Source: Actinomycetota bacterium
Lineage (GTDB): Bacteria; Actinomycetota; Actinomycetes; Actinomycetales; Microbacteriaceae
Direction: 5' to 3'
NCBI GenBank assembly: GCA_040389685.1
Contig: JAZJZS010000013.1
Coordinates: forward strand, 107 to 64,106
Length of the DNA: 64,000 bases
A program made the translations under genes and the position numbers. Shown piece by piece: positions 9,806 to 19,166 of the stretch; the first letter of the stretch is position 1; each line of letters opens with the position of its first letter. The notes beneath the pieces are model-generated. The model did not search any database and was not told the DNA's origin. It saw only the letters and a program-made list of their open reading frames with translations.

Positions 9806-11062
9806 ATGAAGGTGACCCCCCGAACTCGAAAGGCAGCGGCGGCACTCCTCATCACCGCTCTCACGGCTGCTGCTCTCACCGGATGCTCGGCCTCCTCGAG
9901 CTCTCCCACCGGTGCGACGGCAGGATCGTCGACACTCACACTGTGGACGGACGCCCTTCGCGCCCCCGCCCTCAAGTCGGTTGCCGCGCAGTTCAAGAAG
10001 GACACCGGAGTGACGATGAAACTCGTCATCAAGGACTTCGCAACCGTGGACAAGGACTTCATCAGCCAAGTGCCCACCGGCAAGGGTCCGGACATCATCG
10101 TGAGCCCTCACGACAAGCTCGGCGCGTACGTGCAGAACGGTGTCGTCTCTCCCATCCAGCTCGGCGACTCCGCGAAGAAGTACGCGAAGGTCGCCATCCA
10201 GGCGGTCACCTATGGCGGAAACGTCTACGGCCTCCCGTACTCGATCGAGAACGTCGCGATGGTGCGCAACACCGCCCTCGCGCCGACCGCAGCGACGACC
10301 TTCGATGACCTGATCAGCACTGGCAAGGCCTCTGTCGCCTCAGGCGCGTCGAAATATCCGTTCCTGCTGGGTCTCGACCCGAAACAGGGCGACCCTTACC
10401 ACCTCTACCCCCTGCAGACCTCGTTCGGTTCTTCGGTATTCGCGCAGAACTCCGATGGCTCCTACGACGCGTCGAAGCTGACCCTCGGTGACCCTGCCGG
10501 GGTGAAGTTCGCTACCGCACTGAAGGCCTGGGGCGCCGAAGGCATCCTGAACCCGAACATCACCGGTGATATTGCCGCCACGGCGTTTCAAAAGGGTGAA
10601 TCTCCCTACTTCCTGACCGGTCCGTGGAACATCGGTGCGATCAAGAAGGCCGGCGTCAAATACTCGATCGATCCGCTGCCCACCGCCGGCGGAAAGCCGG
10701 CCCAGCCGTTCCTTGGAGTCAACGCGTTCTTCATCAGCGCCAAGAGCAAGAACAAGGTCGCGGCGACGAAGTTCCTCGTGAACTACCTCGGCACCGACGC
10801 CGTGCAGGAGAAACTCTATGAAGTCGGTGACCGCGCCCCGGCACTGACCAGCGCGTTCAAGAAGATCTCGGCATCCAACGCCGACGTGCAGGCCTTCGGC
10901 AAGGTCGGCCTGAACGGCGTTCCGATGCCGTCGATCCCACAGATGGGCTCCGTCTGGGCCGACTGGGGAGCAGCGGAACTCGCTCTCATCAAGGGCCAGG
11001 GCGACCCCACCACCGTTTGGAACACCGCGGTGACCAATGTGCAGGCGAAGATCAACGGTTAG
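9806..11062 (+). CDS. malE: Maltose/maltodextrin-type ABC transporter substrate-binding lipoprotein
   Basis: Lipobox ALTGC; GPDIIVSPHDKLG, YGLPYSIENVAMVRN, FLTGPW, PMPSIPQM..VW. Confidence 0.85.
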   Translation: MKVTPRTRKAAAALLITALTAAALTGCSASSSSPTGATAGSSTLTLWTDALRAPALKSVAAQFKKDTGVTMKLVIKDFATVDKDFISQVPTGKGPDIIVSPHDKLGAYVQNGVVSPIQLGDSAKKYAKVAIQAVTYGGNVYGLPYSIENVAMVRNTALAPTAATTFDDLISTGKASVASGASKYPFLLGLDPKQGDPYHLYPLQTSFGSSVFAQNSDGSYDASKLTLGDPAGVKFATALKAWGAEGILNPNITGDIAATAFQKGESPYFLTGPWNIGAIKKAGVKYSIDPLPTAGGKPAQPFLGVNAFFISAKSKNKVAATKFLVNYLGTDAVQEKLYEVGDRAPALTSAFKKISASNADVQAFGKVGLNGVPMPSIPQMGSVWADWGAAELALIKGQGDPTTVWNTAVTNVQAKING

Positions 11063-11070
11063 TCCCAACC

Positions 11071-11114
11071 GCCAGGGGGTCGAGTTGCTCCGACGAGCGA
11101 CCCGACCCCCTGGC
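11071..11114 (+). terminator. Stem-loop after malE (terminator or mRNA stabiliser)
   Basis: GCCAGGGGGTCG(11071-82)/CGACCCCCTGGC(11103-14), 12-bp perfect stem. Confidence 0.65.
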
Positions 11115-11173
11115 GCCCTTCTCTCCCCATCCCCGTCGGAGTTCAGGCTCCGTCCCCGAGCACTGCGAGTCCC

Positions 11174-12826
11174 ATGGCGAAGACCCCTTCCGTGCTGAAC
11201 CCTCCGAGCCCCGGCGAGTCGAAGCCGAGCGCTCGATCGGCGAGGCGCACGGCCGCATCCCGCCGCACCGCTGCAGGATTCAGCGGCGACAACCGGGGCG
11301 TCCTCGGGCTGGTCATCAAGATCGTGCTTCTCGGGATGTTCGACGCGTTCGCGGTCTGGCTCGTGTTCGCCATGTCGGCGCTGCAGATGTGGATTCCGCT
11401 GGCAATCACGGCGGTCATCGCCCTCCTCATCAACTGGATCTACCTCGGCAAGAGCAAGCGCTTGCCAGCGAAGTACCTCACACCCGGCGTCATCTTCCTT
11501 CTGATCTTTCAGATCTTCGTGGTCTTCTTCAGTGGCTACATCGCCTTCACCAACTACAGTGACGGCCACAACAGCACCAAGTCGGATGCCATCTCGGCGA
11601 TCCAGGGTGCCGCCGAGAAGCGGGTGCCCGATTCGCCGACGTACGCGGTTAACATCCTGCGCAAAGACGGCAAGTTCTACTTCCTCGTGACCGATCCGAA
11701 CGGCGTCGTCTCGGTCGGCTCGGAAACCCAGCCGCTCACGGAGGCGAAGAACCCGATCCTCGACGGCACCGGGACGGGCAAGGGCCTCGCGGGTTATGAG
11801 ACGCTCACCCTCGATCAGGTCCTCTCGAATCAAGAAGCCATCACCGCGCTCTCGGTTCCGGTGTCGTCCGACCCGGCCAACGGATCGCTGCGCACCGATG
11901 ACGCGAGCAGCGCGTACCTTTACAAATCGAACCTCACCTACGACGCAAAGAAAGACATCTTTACGGACGAGACCGGCGCCGTGTACAGCGACGACGGCGC
12001 GGGTGAGTTCGCGACCTCCAGCGGTCAGAAGCTCTCCCCGGGCTGGAAAATCGAGGTCGGGTTCAAGAACTTCACCGAGGCCTTCACCAACAAGCAGCTC
12101 AGCGGCCCGCTCTTACGGGTCACCGCGTGGACCTTCGTGTTCGCCATCATGTCAGTTCTGCTCACGTTCGCCCTCGGCCTGTTCCTCGCCATGGTGCTCA
12201 ATCATCCAAATCTGCGCGGGAAGAAGTTCTACCGCGTTCTGGTGATCCTGCCGTACGCCTTCCCGGTATACCTCTCCGGGCTGGTCTGGGCCGGCCTGCT
12301 GAACCCGCAATTCGGCTTCGTGAATCAGGTTCTGTTCGGCGGCATCCAGATTCCGTGGCTCACTGCGCCGCTGCTCGCCCAGTTCAGCGTGATTCTCGTG
12401 AACGTGTGGCTCGGATATCCGTACATGTTCCTCGTTAGCACCGGCGCGCTGCAGTCGCTTCCGGAGGAGCTGAACGAGGCCGCGCGCGTCGATGGTGCGA
12501 GCCCGTGGCGCGCGTTCCGCTCGGTCAAACTTCCGTTGCTGCTCGTGTCGATCGCGCCGCTACTGATCGCGTCGTTCGCTTTCAACTTCAACAACTTCAA
12601 CGTCGTCTATATGCTTACCCGGGGCTGGCCGAGATTCTCCGACACCACCTTCGACATCGGTTCGACGGACCTCCTCATCACGATGGTCTACAAGGTCGCA
12701 TTCGGACAGGGTGGGGCACGCGACTACGGCCTTGCGAGCGCGCTGTCAATCCTGATTTTCCTTCTGGTCGGAACGGTCTCGATCATCGCGTTCCGCCGCA
12801 CCAAGGCCCTGGAGGACATCAACTGA
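11174..12826 (+). CDS. malF: Maltose-type ABC permease MalF
   Basis: Multiple TM segments, AFTNYSDGH, large extracytoplasmic loop, EAA loop LNEAARVDGAS, FNFNNFNVVYMLT. Confidence 0.88.
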   Translation: MAKTPSVLNPPSPGESKPSARSARRTAASRRTAAGFSGDNRGVLGLVIKIVLLGMFDAFAVWLVFAMSALQMWIPLAITAVIALLINWIYLGKSKRLPAKYLTPGVIFLLIFQIFVVFFSGYIAFTNYSDGHNSTKSDAISAIQGAAEKRVPDSPTYAVNILRKDGKFYFLVTDPNGVVSVGSETQPLTEAKNPILDGTGTGKGLAGYETLTLDQVLSNQEAITALSVPVSSDPANGSLRTDDASSAYLYKSNLTYDAKKDIFTDETGAVYSDDGAGEFATSSGQKLSPGWKIEVGFKNFTEAFTNKQLSGPLLRVTAWTFVFAIMSVLLTFALGLFLAMVLNHPNLRGKKFYRVLVILPYAFPVYLSGLVWAGLLNPQFGFVNQVLFGGIQIPWLTAPLLAQFSVILVNVWLGYPYMFLVSTGALQSLPEELNEAARVDGASPWRAFRSVKLPLLLVSIAPLLIASFAFNFNNFNVVYMLTRGWPRFSDTTFDIGSTDLLITMVYKVAFGQGGARDYGLASALSILIFLLVGTVSIIAFRRTKALEDIN

Positions 12827-12827
12827 C

Positions 12828-13745
12828 ATGACCCCTGATGCCAAACTTCCCGTTGCAATGGTTCCTAGACGCATACGTACGAACCGACCGGTCACGTTCT
12901 CACGCTGGGCCCGCGACACTGGGTGGCGACACGTTATCGCGATCGTCGCCGTCGTGTTCGCCGTGTTCCCGCTGCTCTATGTGATCTCGGCATCGCTCAA
13001 TCCGGCCGGATCCCTCGTCGGCTCTAACCGGCTGTTCAGCACGATCGACTTCTCCAACTATGTCGCGCTGTTCAACAACCCCGACCAGCCCTACGCCCGC
13101 TGGTTCGTCAACAGCCTTGTCATAGCGTCCGTAACCTCAATCTCGACAGTGTTCCTCGGCGCGATGGCTGCCTACGCATTCTCGCGGATGCGCTTCCTCG
13201 GGCGGCGCGTTGGGCTACTTTCGCTCATCCTCATCCAGATGTTCCCGCAGTTCCTCGCGGTGGTCGCCCTGTTCCTGCTTCTGTCGACGATCGGCGATGT
13301 GATCCCGGCGCTAGGCCTCGGCACTCAGCTCGGACTGATCTTCGTCTATCTCGGCGGTGCCCTGGGCGTGAACACCTATCTGATGTACGGGTTCTTCAGT
13401 ACCGTGCCGATTTCTATCGACGAGGCGGCAAAGATAGACGGCGCGAGTCACGCGCAGATCTTCTTCACGATTATCCTGCGACTCGTCGCGCCGATCCTCG
13501 CGGTCGTCGGTCTGCTGTCGTTCATCGGCACGACCGGCGAATATGTGCTCGCAAGCATCATGCTGACCGACCCGACCACGCAGACGCTAGCCGTTGGGCT
13601 CTACAGCTTCGTCTCGCAGGCGTTCTCCAACAACTGGAGTATCTTCGCAGCTGGCGCAGTGCTCGCCGCGGTGCCCGTGATGATCGTGTTCTTGCTGCTG
13701 CAGAAATACATTGTCGGAGGGCTGATCTCCGGTTCGGTCAAATAG
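12828..13745 (+). CDS. malG: Maltose-type ABC permease MalG
   Basis: AAYAFSRMRFLGRR, QMFP, IDEAAKIDGAS EAA loop. Confidence 0.88.
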   Translation: MTPDAKLPVAMVPRRIRTNRPVTFSRWARDTGWRHVIAIVAVVFAVFPLLYVISASLNPAGSLVGSNRLFSTIDFSNYVALFNNPDQPYARWFVNSLVIASVTSISTVFLGAMAAYAFSRMRFLGRRVGLLSLILIQMFPQFLAVVALFLLLSTIGDVIPALGLGTQLGLIFVYLGGALGVNTYLMYGFFSTVPISIDEAAKIDGASHAQIFFTIILRLVAPILAVVGLLSFIGTTGEYVLASIMLTDPTTQTLAVGLYSFVSQAFSNNWSIFAAGAVLAAVPVMIVFLLLQKYIVGGLISGSVK

Positions 13746-13763
13746 GGATCGCGAAGTTGACCT

Positions 13764-14780
13764 TCAGTCCCGGGGTCGGGCAGTGCTCGACCGCACGATG
13801 AGTTCGAATGGCAGCGGAACAGTTAGAGCGAATTGCTTCTGGCGAGATGGCTCGAGTTGGGCAATGAGGATCTCGGCCGCGAGCTCGCCCTGACCCTTAG
13901 GGAACTGCGCGACAGTGGTCAGCTGGAAAAACTCGGCGAGTTCGTGATCATCAATTCCCACGATCGAGACGTCTCGCGGCACGTCGAGGCCCAAGTCCCG
14001 AGAGGCCAGAATCGCCCCGATCGCCATCTCGTCGGATGCCGCGAAAATCGCGGTGGGACGATGATGCGGATGGCCGAGCGCCTGTTTTGCCCGAGCGTAT
14101 CCGGCCGCGATAGTGAAGTCGGGGGAGAGCGTATGTTCGTCGGCAACAGGCAGCCCGGCCGCAGTCATCGCCTGCTGGAAGCCGGCACGGCGATTGCGGA
14201 CCATATGGAAGTCCGTGTCTTCTTCTGACGCCCCACCGATGTGGAGAATGGCGGTGTGGCCGAGCATGAGTAGATGTTCGGTCGCAAGCCGGGCGATTGC
14301 GACATCGTCGATGGCGAGGGAGGGCACACCTGCGAGCGGCCCACCCACCCCGACGAGCGGCTTGTCGAGTGCCAGCAGGCCGAAGATCTCTTTGGCGGTG
14401 AGTTCGAGGGCGACGGCGATCACGGCATCCACGCGGCGTCGGAGAAGGAAGTGTTCGAACACGCTTCGCCGTTCGTCGTCGCCTCCGCTCAAGTTGTACA
14501 ACGTAAGGTCGTAACCGTTGCGCAACAGCGTATGCTCGGCACCCTCGACGACCGACGAGAAAAACCAGCGGTTGAGGTGAGGCACGACGATGCCGACGTT
14601 GCGGGTACGCCCGGAAGCGAGACTCGAGGCGTTCGACGACGCGACATAGTGCAGGGCGTTCGCCGCGGACTCGACCCGAGCACGCGCCTCGGGCGAAACC
14701 GGCCCGTTACCGCTCAGCGCACGGGAGACGGTTGCCGCGGACACGCCAGCCCGTCGAGCGACCTCATTGATGCCGACCAT
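13764..14780 (-). CDS. LacI family transcriptional regulator
   Basis: INEVARRAGVSAATVSRAL HTH; PTAIFAASDEMAIG, VSIVGIDD; TAGCGT -10 6 nt upstream. Confidence 0.95.
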   Translation of the reverse strand: MVGINEVARRAGVSAATVSRALSGNGPVSPEARARVESAANALHYVASSNASSLASGRTRNVGIVVPHLNRWFFSSVVEGAEHTLLRNGYDLTLYNLSGGDDERRSVFEHFLLRRRVDAVIAVALELTAKEIFGLLALDKPLVGVGGPLAGVPSLAIDDVAIARLATEHLLMLGHTAILHIGGASEEDTDFHMVRNRRAGFQQAMTAAGLPVADEHTLSPDFTIAAGYARAKQALGHPHHRPTAIFAASDEMAIGAILASRDLGLDVPRDVSIVGIDDHELAEFFQLTTVAQFPKGQGELAAEILIAQLEPSRQKQFALTVPLPFELIVRSSTARPRD

Positions 14781-14797
14781 GGCATCACGCTACTGGA

Positions 14798-14820
14798 CTA
14801 GCGCCAGCCGGGGAGCCAGT
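14798..14820. repeat. Right copy of 23-bp direct repeat (functional pmt 3' end)
   Basis: See 9311-9333. Confidence 0.85.
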
Positions 14821-16438
14821 AGTGCAACCGGGCGAACACCTCGGGCACCTGCATGCCGGTCCACACCGGATAGAAAAACACGCTTACGACGATGACGAGC
14901 GCCAGGAACACGCCCACGATCCCGAAGCCGCGCTGGCGCCGCCTGGTCGGGTCGCCGGGCCCGCCGAGGATGAGGCCGATCACGAAGACGAGACCGAGGA
15001 TCATGTAGGGCTCGAAGACGATGGCATAGAACTGGAAGATGGTGCGGTTGGTGTAGAGGAGCCACGGCAGGTAGCCGGCGACCATCCCCATCAGGATCAG
15101 TCCGACCCGCCATTCCCGATAGCGCACGAGCCGGTAGACCAGGTAGAAGAGTGACGCGGTGGCCGCCCACCAGAGGATCGGATTCGCGATCGAGGTGACG
15201 TACTCGGCACAACTGGAGAAGGTGCATCCGCCCTGCCCCTGTGCCTGGCCCACATAGTAGAAGGCGGTGGGCCGAAGCAGGAACAGCCAGGAGAAGGGAT
15301 TGGCCGCATACGGGTGCGCGGTGTTCTCGTTGACGTTGAAGTTGTACACGCTCACCTGGTAGTGCAGGAAGCTCTGCACCGATCGCGGAACCCAGGCGAA
15401 GAGTCCCGTAGCGGCATTGCCCGGAACATCGGCCCAGTCGCGGAAGTAGCCCCCTCTGGTGGCGAACCACCCGGCCCAGCTGGCCAGATAGGCGGCGAGG
15501 GCGAGAGGGATGGTGAGAAGGAAACTGACCGGGCCCTGTTTGAGGATCGTGCCGCTGATCCAGAACGGGATGCCGGCCCTGCGCCTGGCCGCGGCATCCA
15601 CGAACAGCGAGTAGAGGGCGAAGGCGGCGAGGAAGTAGAGCCCGCTCCACTTCACGGCGGTCGCCGCCCCGAAGAGGATGCCAGCGGTCAGAAGCCAGGG
15701 CCGCCACCAGAGAGCCGGCCCCCAGTCGATTCCGCGACCGGCATCTGCCCGACGTGCGAGCCACAGCGACAAGCGCTCGGCGCTCTGGGCGCGGTCGAGC
15801 AGGATCGCACCGAAGCCGAGCAGTGTGAAGAACATGACGAAGTTGTCGAGAAGCGCGGTGCGCGACATCACGATCGCGTGGCCGTCGAGTGCCAACAGCC
15901 CGCCGGCGATGGTGGCGAGCAGCGTCGAGTTGAAGAGCTTGCGGGCGATGATCACCAGCAGGAAGACCGCGAGGATGCCGACGATCGCCGTGCTGATGCG
16001 CCAGCCCACCGTATCCTCAGCCCCGAAGACTCGGAGGCCGAGCGAGATCATCCACTTGCCGAGCGGCGGATGCGCCACATACGACCCGGTCGCGGTGTAC
16101 CCGTCGACAGCGCCGGCATTGAAGGCCTGGTCGGAGTTGGCGGGCCAGGATGCCTCGTAGCCGAGATTCAGGAGCGTCCAGGCATCCTTCACATAGAAGG
16201 TCTCATCGAACACGAGAGACCGTGGATCGCCGAGCCGCACGAGGCGAAGCACAGCGGCGAGCAGCGTCACCGCGATCGGTCCGCCCCAGTACCAGAGGCG
16301 CTGGGCGCCGGGCAGATCCAGCAGCCGACCCCCCCAGGCATCGAGCCGGGTGCCGGTCGGTTCGATCCACTCCGGCGTGGGCGACGACCCGGACGGCGCG
16401 CGTACCGTGGCGTCGAACTCAGCGTCGGGTCTCGTCAC
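14798..16438 (-). CDS. pmt: Polyprenol-phosphate-mannose--protein O-mannosyltransferase (GT39)
   Basis: LVFDETFYVKDAW, VAHPPLGKWMI, GWRISTAIVG, SRTALLD, AVKWSG, HPYAANPFSW; real start inferred at GTG 16438 (upstream part of the 817-aa ORF is a shadow of rsmI). Confidence 0.9.
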   Translation of the reverse strand: MTRPDAEFDATVRAPSGSSPTPEWIEPTGTRLDAWGGRLLDLPGAQRLWYWGGPIAVTLLAAVLRLVRLGDPRSLVFDETFYVKDAWTLLNLGYEASWPANSDQAFNAGAVDGYTATGSYVAHPPLGKWMISLGLRVFGAEDTVGWRISTAIVGILAVFLLVIIARKLFNSTLLATIAGGLLALDGHAIVMSRTALLDNFVMFFTLLGFGAILLDRAQSAERLSLWLARRADAGRGIDWGPALWWRPWLLTAGILFGAATAVKWSGLYFLAAFALYSLFVDAAARRRAGIPFWISGTILKQGPVSFLLTIPLALAAYLASWAGWFATRGGYFRDWADVPGNAATGLFAWVPRSVQSFLHYQVSVYNFNVNENTAHPYAANPFSWLFLLRPTAFYYVGQAQGQGGCTFSSCAEYVTSIANPILWWAATASLFYLVYRLVRYREWRVGLILMGMVAGYLPWLLYTNRTIFQFYAIVFEPYMILGLVFVIGLILGGPGDPTRRRQRGFGIVGVFLALVIVVSVFFYPVWTGMQVPEVFARLHYWLPGWR

Positions 16439-16478
16439 AGGTGCAATGGTAACGATGGTTCGCTGCAAGGATGGGCAG

Positions 16479-17288
16479 GTGATCATCCTCGCGGCGACTC
16501 CGATCGGCAACCTCGGTGACGCCTCCCGGCGATTGGTGGAAGCGCTCGGCAACGCCACCCTGATCGCCTCGGAAGACACGAGGGTCACCATCCACCTTCT
16601 TCGCGCGCTCGGCATTGAGAACCGTCCGCGGCTCATCGCCCTGCACGAGCACAACGAAGTGGAGAAGGCCGCCGAGATCGCCGAGCTCGGGCGGGAGACG
16701 GATGTTTTGGTGTTGACCGACGCGGGAATGCCGGCGATCAGCGACCCGGGGTTCGCGATCGTGTCCGCCGCCGCCGCCGCCGGGGTCACGGTGACGGCAC
16801 TGCCCGGGCCGTCGGCCGTGATCACCGCCCTCGCCCTCTCGGGCCTGCCCACCGATCGGTTCACGTTCGAGGGTTTCCTGCCGCGGAAGGGTCGGCTCGC
16901 GTCGCTGCGGCGGCTGGCCAGGGAACCGCGCACCATGGTGTTCTTCGAGTCGCCGAACCGGCTGGCGGATGCCCTTGGCGACATCGCAACGGCGTTCGGG
17001 GCCGATCGCCGGGTCGCCGTCTGCCGCGAGCTCACCAAGCTGTATGAGGAGGTGCGTCGCGGCACTGCGGCGGAGCTCGCCGAGTGGGCGGCCGCCGGAG
17101 TGCGGGGCGAGATCTGCATCGTGGTCGAGGGTGGCGGGCCGGTGGAGATCGGACTCGACGCCGGCATCGCCCAGGTACAGTCGCTCGTAGCGGCGGGGTC
17201 GACGCTCAAGGACGCGGCATCCGAGGTGGCGGATGCCACGGGCCTCGGCAAGCGGGACCTCTACGAAGGCACGCTCAGGGCGCGCTGA
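16479..17288 (+). CDS. rsmI: 16S rRNA (cytidine1402-2'-O)-methyltransferase
   Basis: IILAATPIGNLGDAS, ASEDTR, TDAGMPAISDPG, PGPSA, FFESPNRL, RELTKLYEEV. Confidence 0.95.
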   Translation: MIILAATPIGNLGDASRRLVEALGNATLIASEDTRVTIHLLRALGIENRPRLIALHEHNEVEKAAEIAELGRETDVLVLTDAGMPAISDPGFAIVSAAAAAGVTVTALPGPSAVITALALSGLPTDRFTFEGFLPRKGRLASLRRLAREPRTMVFFESPNRLADALGDIATAFGADRRVAVCRELTKLYEEVRRGTAAELAEWAAAGVRGEICIVVEGGGPVEIGLDAGIAQVQSLVAAGSTLKDAASEVADATGLGKRDLYEGTLRAR

Positions 17289-18126
17289 GGCTCGCCCGCT
17301 GGTCGGCGCTCAGCATGAGCTCGGCGGCACCGGCGGAGTCGGTGATCGTCTCTGGCCTGGTCGCTCCGGGGATCGGGATCACACAGTGGCCGAGGGAGAG
17401 TTCCCAGGCGAGGGCGACGCGCTGCGGGCTCACACCGAGCTCCGTTGCGACAGCGGTGAATGCGCTCGCTTCGTCGAAGACCTCCGTGCCGCGACCGGTG
17501 CCGCCGAGAGGGCTCCACGGGAGGAAGGCGATCTCGTGCGCGAGGCAGTATTCGAGTTCGCCAAAGCTCGACCGGTAGGCCGGGGAGAACTGGTTCTGCA
17601 CCGAGACGAGTCGACCGCCGAGAATGTGATCGGCCAGCACGATCTGCGCGACGGTGACGTTGGAGATTCCCGCCAGGCGGATCACTCCCTCGTCGAGCAA
17701 TTCCCTCAAGGCCCCGATCGACTCCTCAAACGGCACCCCCGGGTCGGGACGGTGCAACTGGTAGAGACCGATCGCGTCGACTCCGAGTCTGGCCCGGGAT
17801 TGCCGCGCGGCCTGTTTGAGATGGTCGGGCGTGCCATTGCGATCCCAGGGGCCGCCGTCGCGAAAGAGCAGGCCGCCCTTGGTGGCGACGAGCACGTCTT
17901 CGGTGCGGCCACGGAGTGCCTCGGCGACCAGGAGTTCGTTGTGACCCGCGCCGTCGGCATCCGTCGTGTAGGCGTCGGCTGTGTCGATGAGTGTGATGCC
18001 TGCGTCCAGCGCGGCGTGGATGGTCGCGATCGCGCGCTCGCGGTCCGGTCTCCCGGCGAGCGAGAGTGGCATGGCACCGAGCCCGATCGAGCTGACCGTG
18101 ACATCGCCGATCCTGCGGAACTTCAT
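17275..18126 (-). CDS. Aldo/keto reductase
   Basis: IGLGAMPLS, IDTADAY, VATKGG, LYQLHRPD, GISN, VQNQFS, PWSPLGG, PIPGA. Confidence 0.93.
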   Translation of the reverse strand: MKFRRIGDVTVSSIGLGAMPLSLAGRPDRERAIATIHAALDAGITLIDTADAYTTDADGAGHNELLVAEALRGRTEDVLVATKGGLLFRDGGPWDRNGTPDHLKQAARQSRARLGVDAIGLYQLHRPDPGVPFEESIGALRELLDEGVIRLAGISNVTVAQIVLADHILGGRLVSVQNQFSPAYRSSFGELEYCLAHEIAFLPWSPLGGTGRGTEVFDEASAFTAVATELGVSPQRVALAWELSLGHCVIPIPGATRPETITDSAGAAELMLSADQRASLSAP

Positions 18127-18250
18127 GCGCCAAGCCTAGGTCTCGCACCGAAATCCGAGGGCAGGCGCGAGCGTTCTGGGTTGTGCGATACGCGGCTCGG
18201 CACCGACTTGGCTGGGGCGCCGGAGCAGCCCACCCGCTGCGCCCGGCTTT

Positions 18251-18315
18251 CGCACTGCACTGCATTGCACTGCATTGCATTGCATTGCATTGCACTGCAC
18301 TGAACTGCCCTGCGA
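18251..18315. repeat. Pentanucleotide microsatellite (TGCAY)n
   Basis: Nine consecutive TGCAC/TGCAT units at 18256-18300 with degenerate units either side. Confidence 0.9.
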
Positions 18316-18357
18316 GGCGCGGCGCGGGGCGCGGTGCGAGGCGCGGGGATAGTGCTC

Positions 18358-18433
18358 GAAATCCATGCAGATTTTCTGACACGCCGATGTCCAAGATTGG
18401 AGATCGGCGTGTCGATCGGAATGCATGGATTTC
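18358..18433. repeat. 76-bp element with 12-bp terminal inverted repeats, copy 1
   Basis: GAAATCCATGCA...TGCATGGATTTC; inner stem GACACGCCGAT/ATCGGCGTGTC. Confidence 0.8.
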
Positions 18434-18543
18434 TCGCAGGGGAGGATCGCCCGGCATCGCATTGAATGCCGCGGGAGTCGCCATGCCTCACCGCTAAATC
18501 GAGGAATGGCAACGATTTCTCACTGGCTGGATATCCTTAGCAC

Positions 18544-18882
18544 ATGAATGGTGTCGATGGACCGAACTTCGCGGCCTACATTTTCGCGGCGGCCATGCTC
18601 CTGATCGCCGTGGTGACACAGCTCGCCGCCTCCGGAAGGATCGGTCGAAACGGGTTCGTCGGAATCAGGATTCCGCCCACCCTGGCCAGCGAAGCGGCGT
18701 GGCGAGCCGGACATCGGGCGGCCGTGCTGCCGACGTGGATCGGCTTCGTGGTTGTGATTATCACCGCGGTGGTAGCACAGTTCGCGCCGCAAGCGTTCGT
18801 GGTCGTCGTCGTGTTGCTGCTGCTGTTCCTGGTGTGGGCGGTACTGGCCGCGTGGCTCGCGGCGAGGTCGGCGACGCAGTAA
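18544..18882 (+). CDS. SdpI/YhfL-like small membrane protein
   Basis: GRIGRNGFVGIRIPPTLASEAAWRAGHRAA motif, three TM segments. Confidence 0.8.
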   Translation: MNGVDGPNFAAYIFAAAMLLIAVVTQLAASGRIGRNGFVGIRIPPTLASEAAWRAGHRAAVLPTWIGFVVVIITAVVAQFAPQAFVVVVVLLLLFLVWAVLAAWLAARSATQ

Positions 18883-19132
18883 CACGGCCTCGCGCACGGG
18901 TGGGTGATCCGGCCGCAGAGAGTTGAACGCCACCAACTTAGCAACGGGCAGGCGGCGAAGCTGGGCGCGATGGTGCTACCTCGTCGCCGCAGACCCGACC
19001 GCATCGGACTCGAACCTCACGAAGCTGGCCGAGATGCTCGCGTTTCGCTCTGTGCTCGTGCCGGATCCGGGGCATCACCAGTCGCCACATCGGTTACCGC
19101 TTGCAAATGCGCAGCTGTGCGCTATCGTCGTG

Positions 19133-19164
19133 TTATTCCAATATTCGTCGGATCTATGGAGTAA
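19133..19164. promoter_or_regulatory. Candidate ArsR-type operator
   Basis: TTATTCCA-N16-TGGAGTAA imperfect inverted repeat directly before the ArsR start. Confidence 0.35.
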
Positions 19165-19166
19165 CA

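Noticed and set aside
7242-9845. 867-aa minus-strand ORF, and similar long antisense ORFs (10340-11833, 38601-40337, 46895-49315, 53310-54761)
   Set aside because: They lie opposite genes with clear family motifs. High GC makes stop codons rare in antisense frames, and no motifs are recognisable.
16439-17251. N-terminal ~270 aa of the 817-aa pmt ORF
   Set aside because: It is antisense to rsmI; Pmt-like sequence begins only near 16438.
18900-19100. Small ORFs between the SdpI-like and ArsR genes
   Set aside because: No recognisable motifs or start signals; treated as intergenic.
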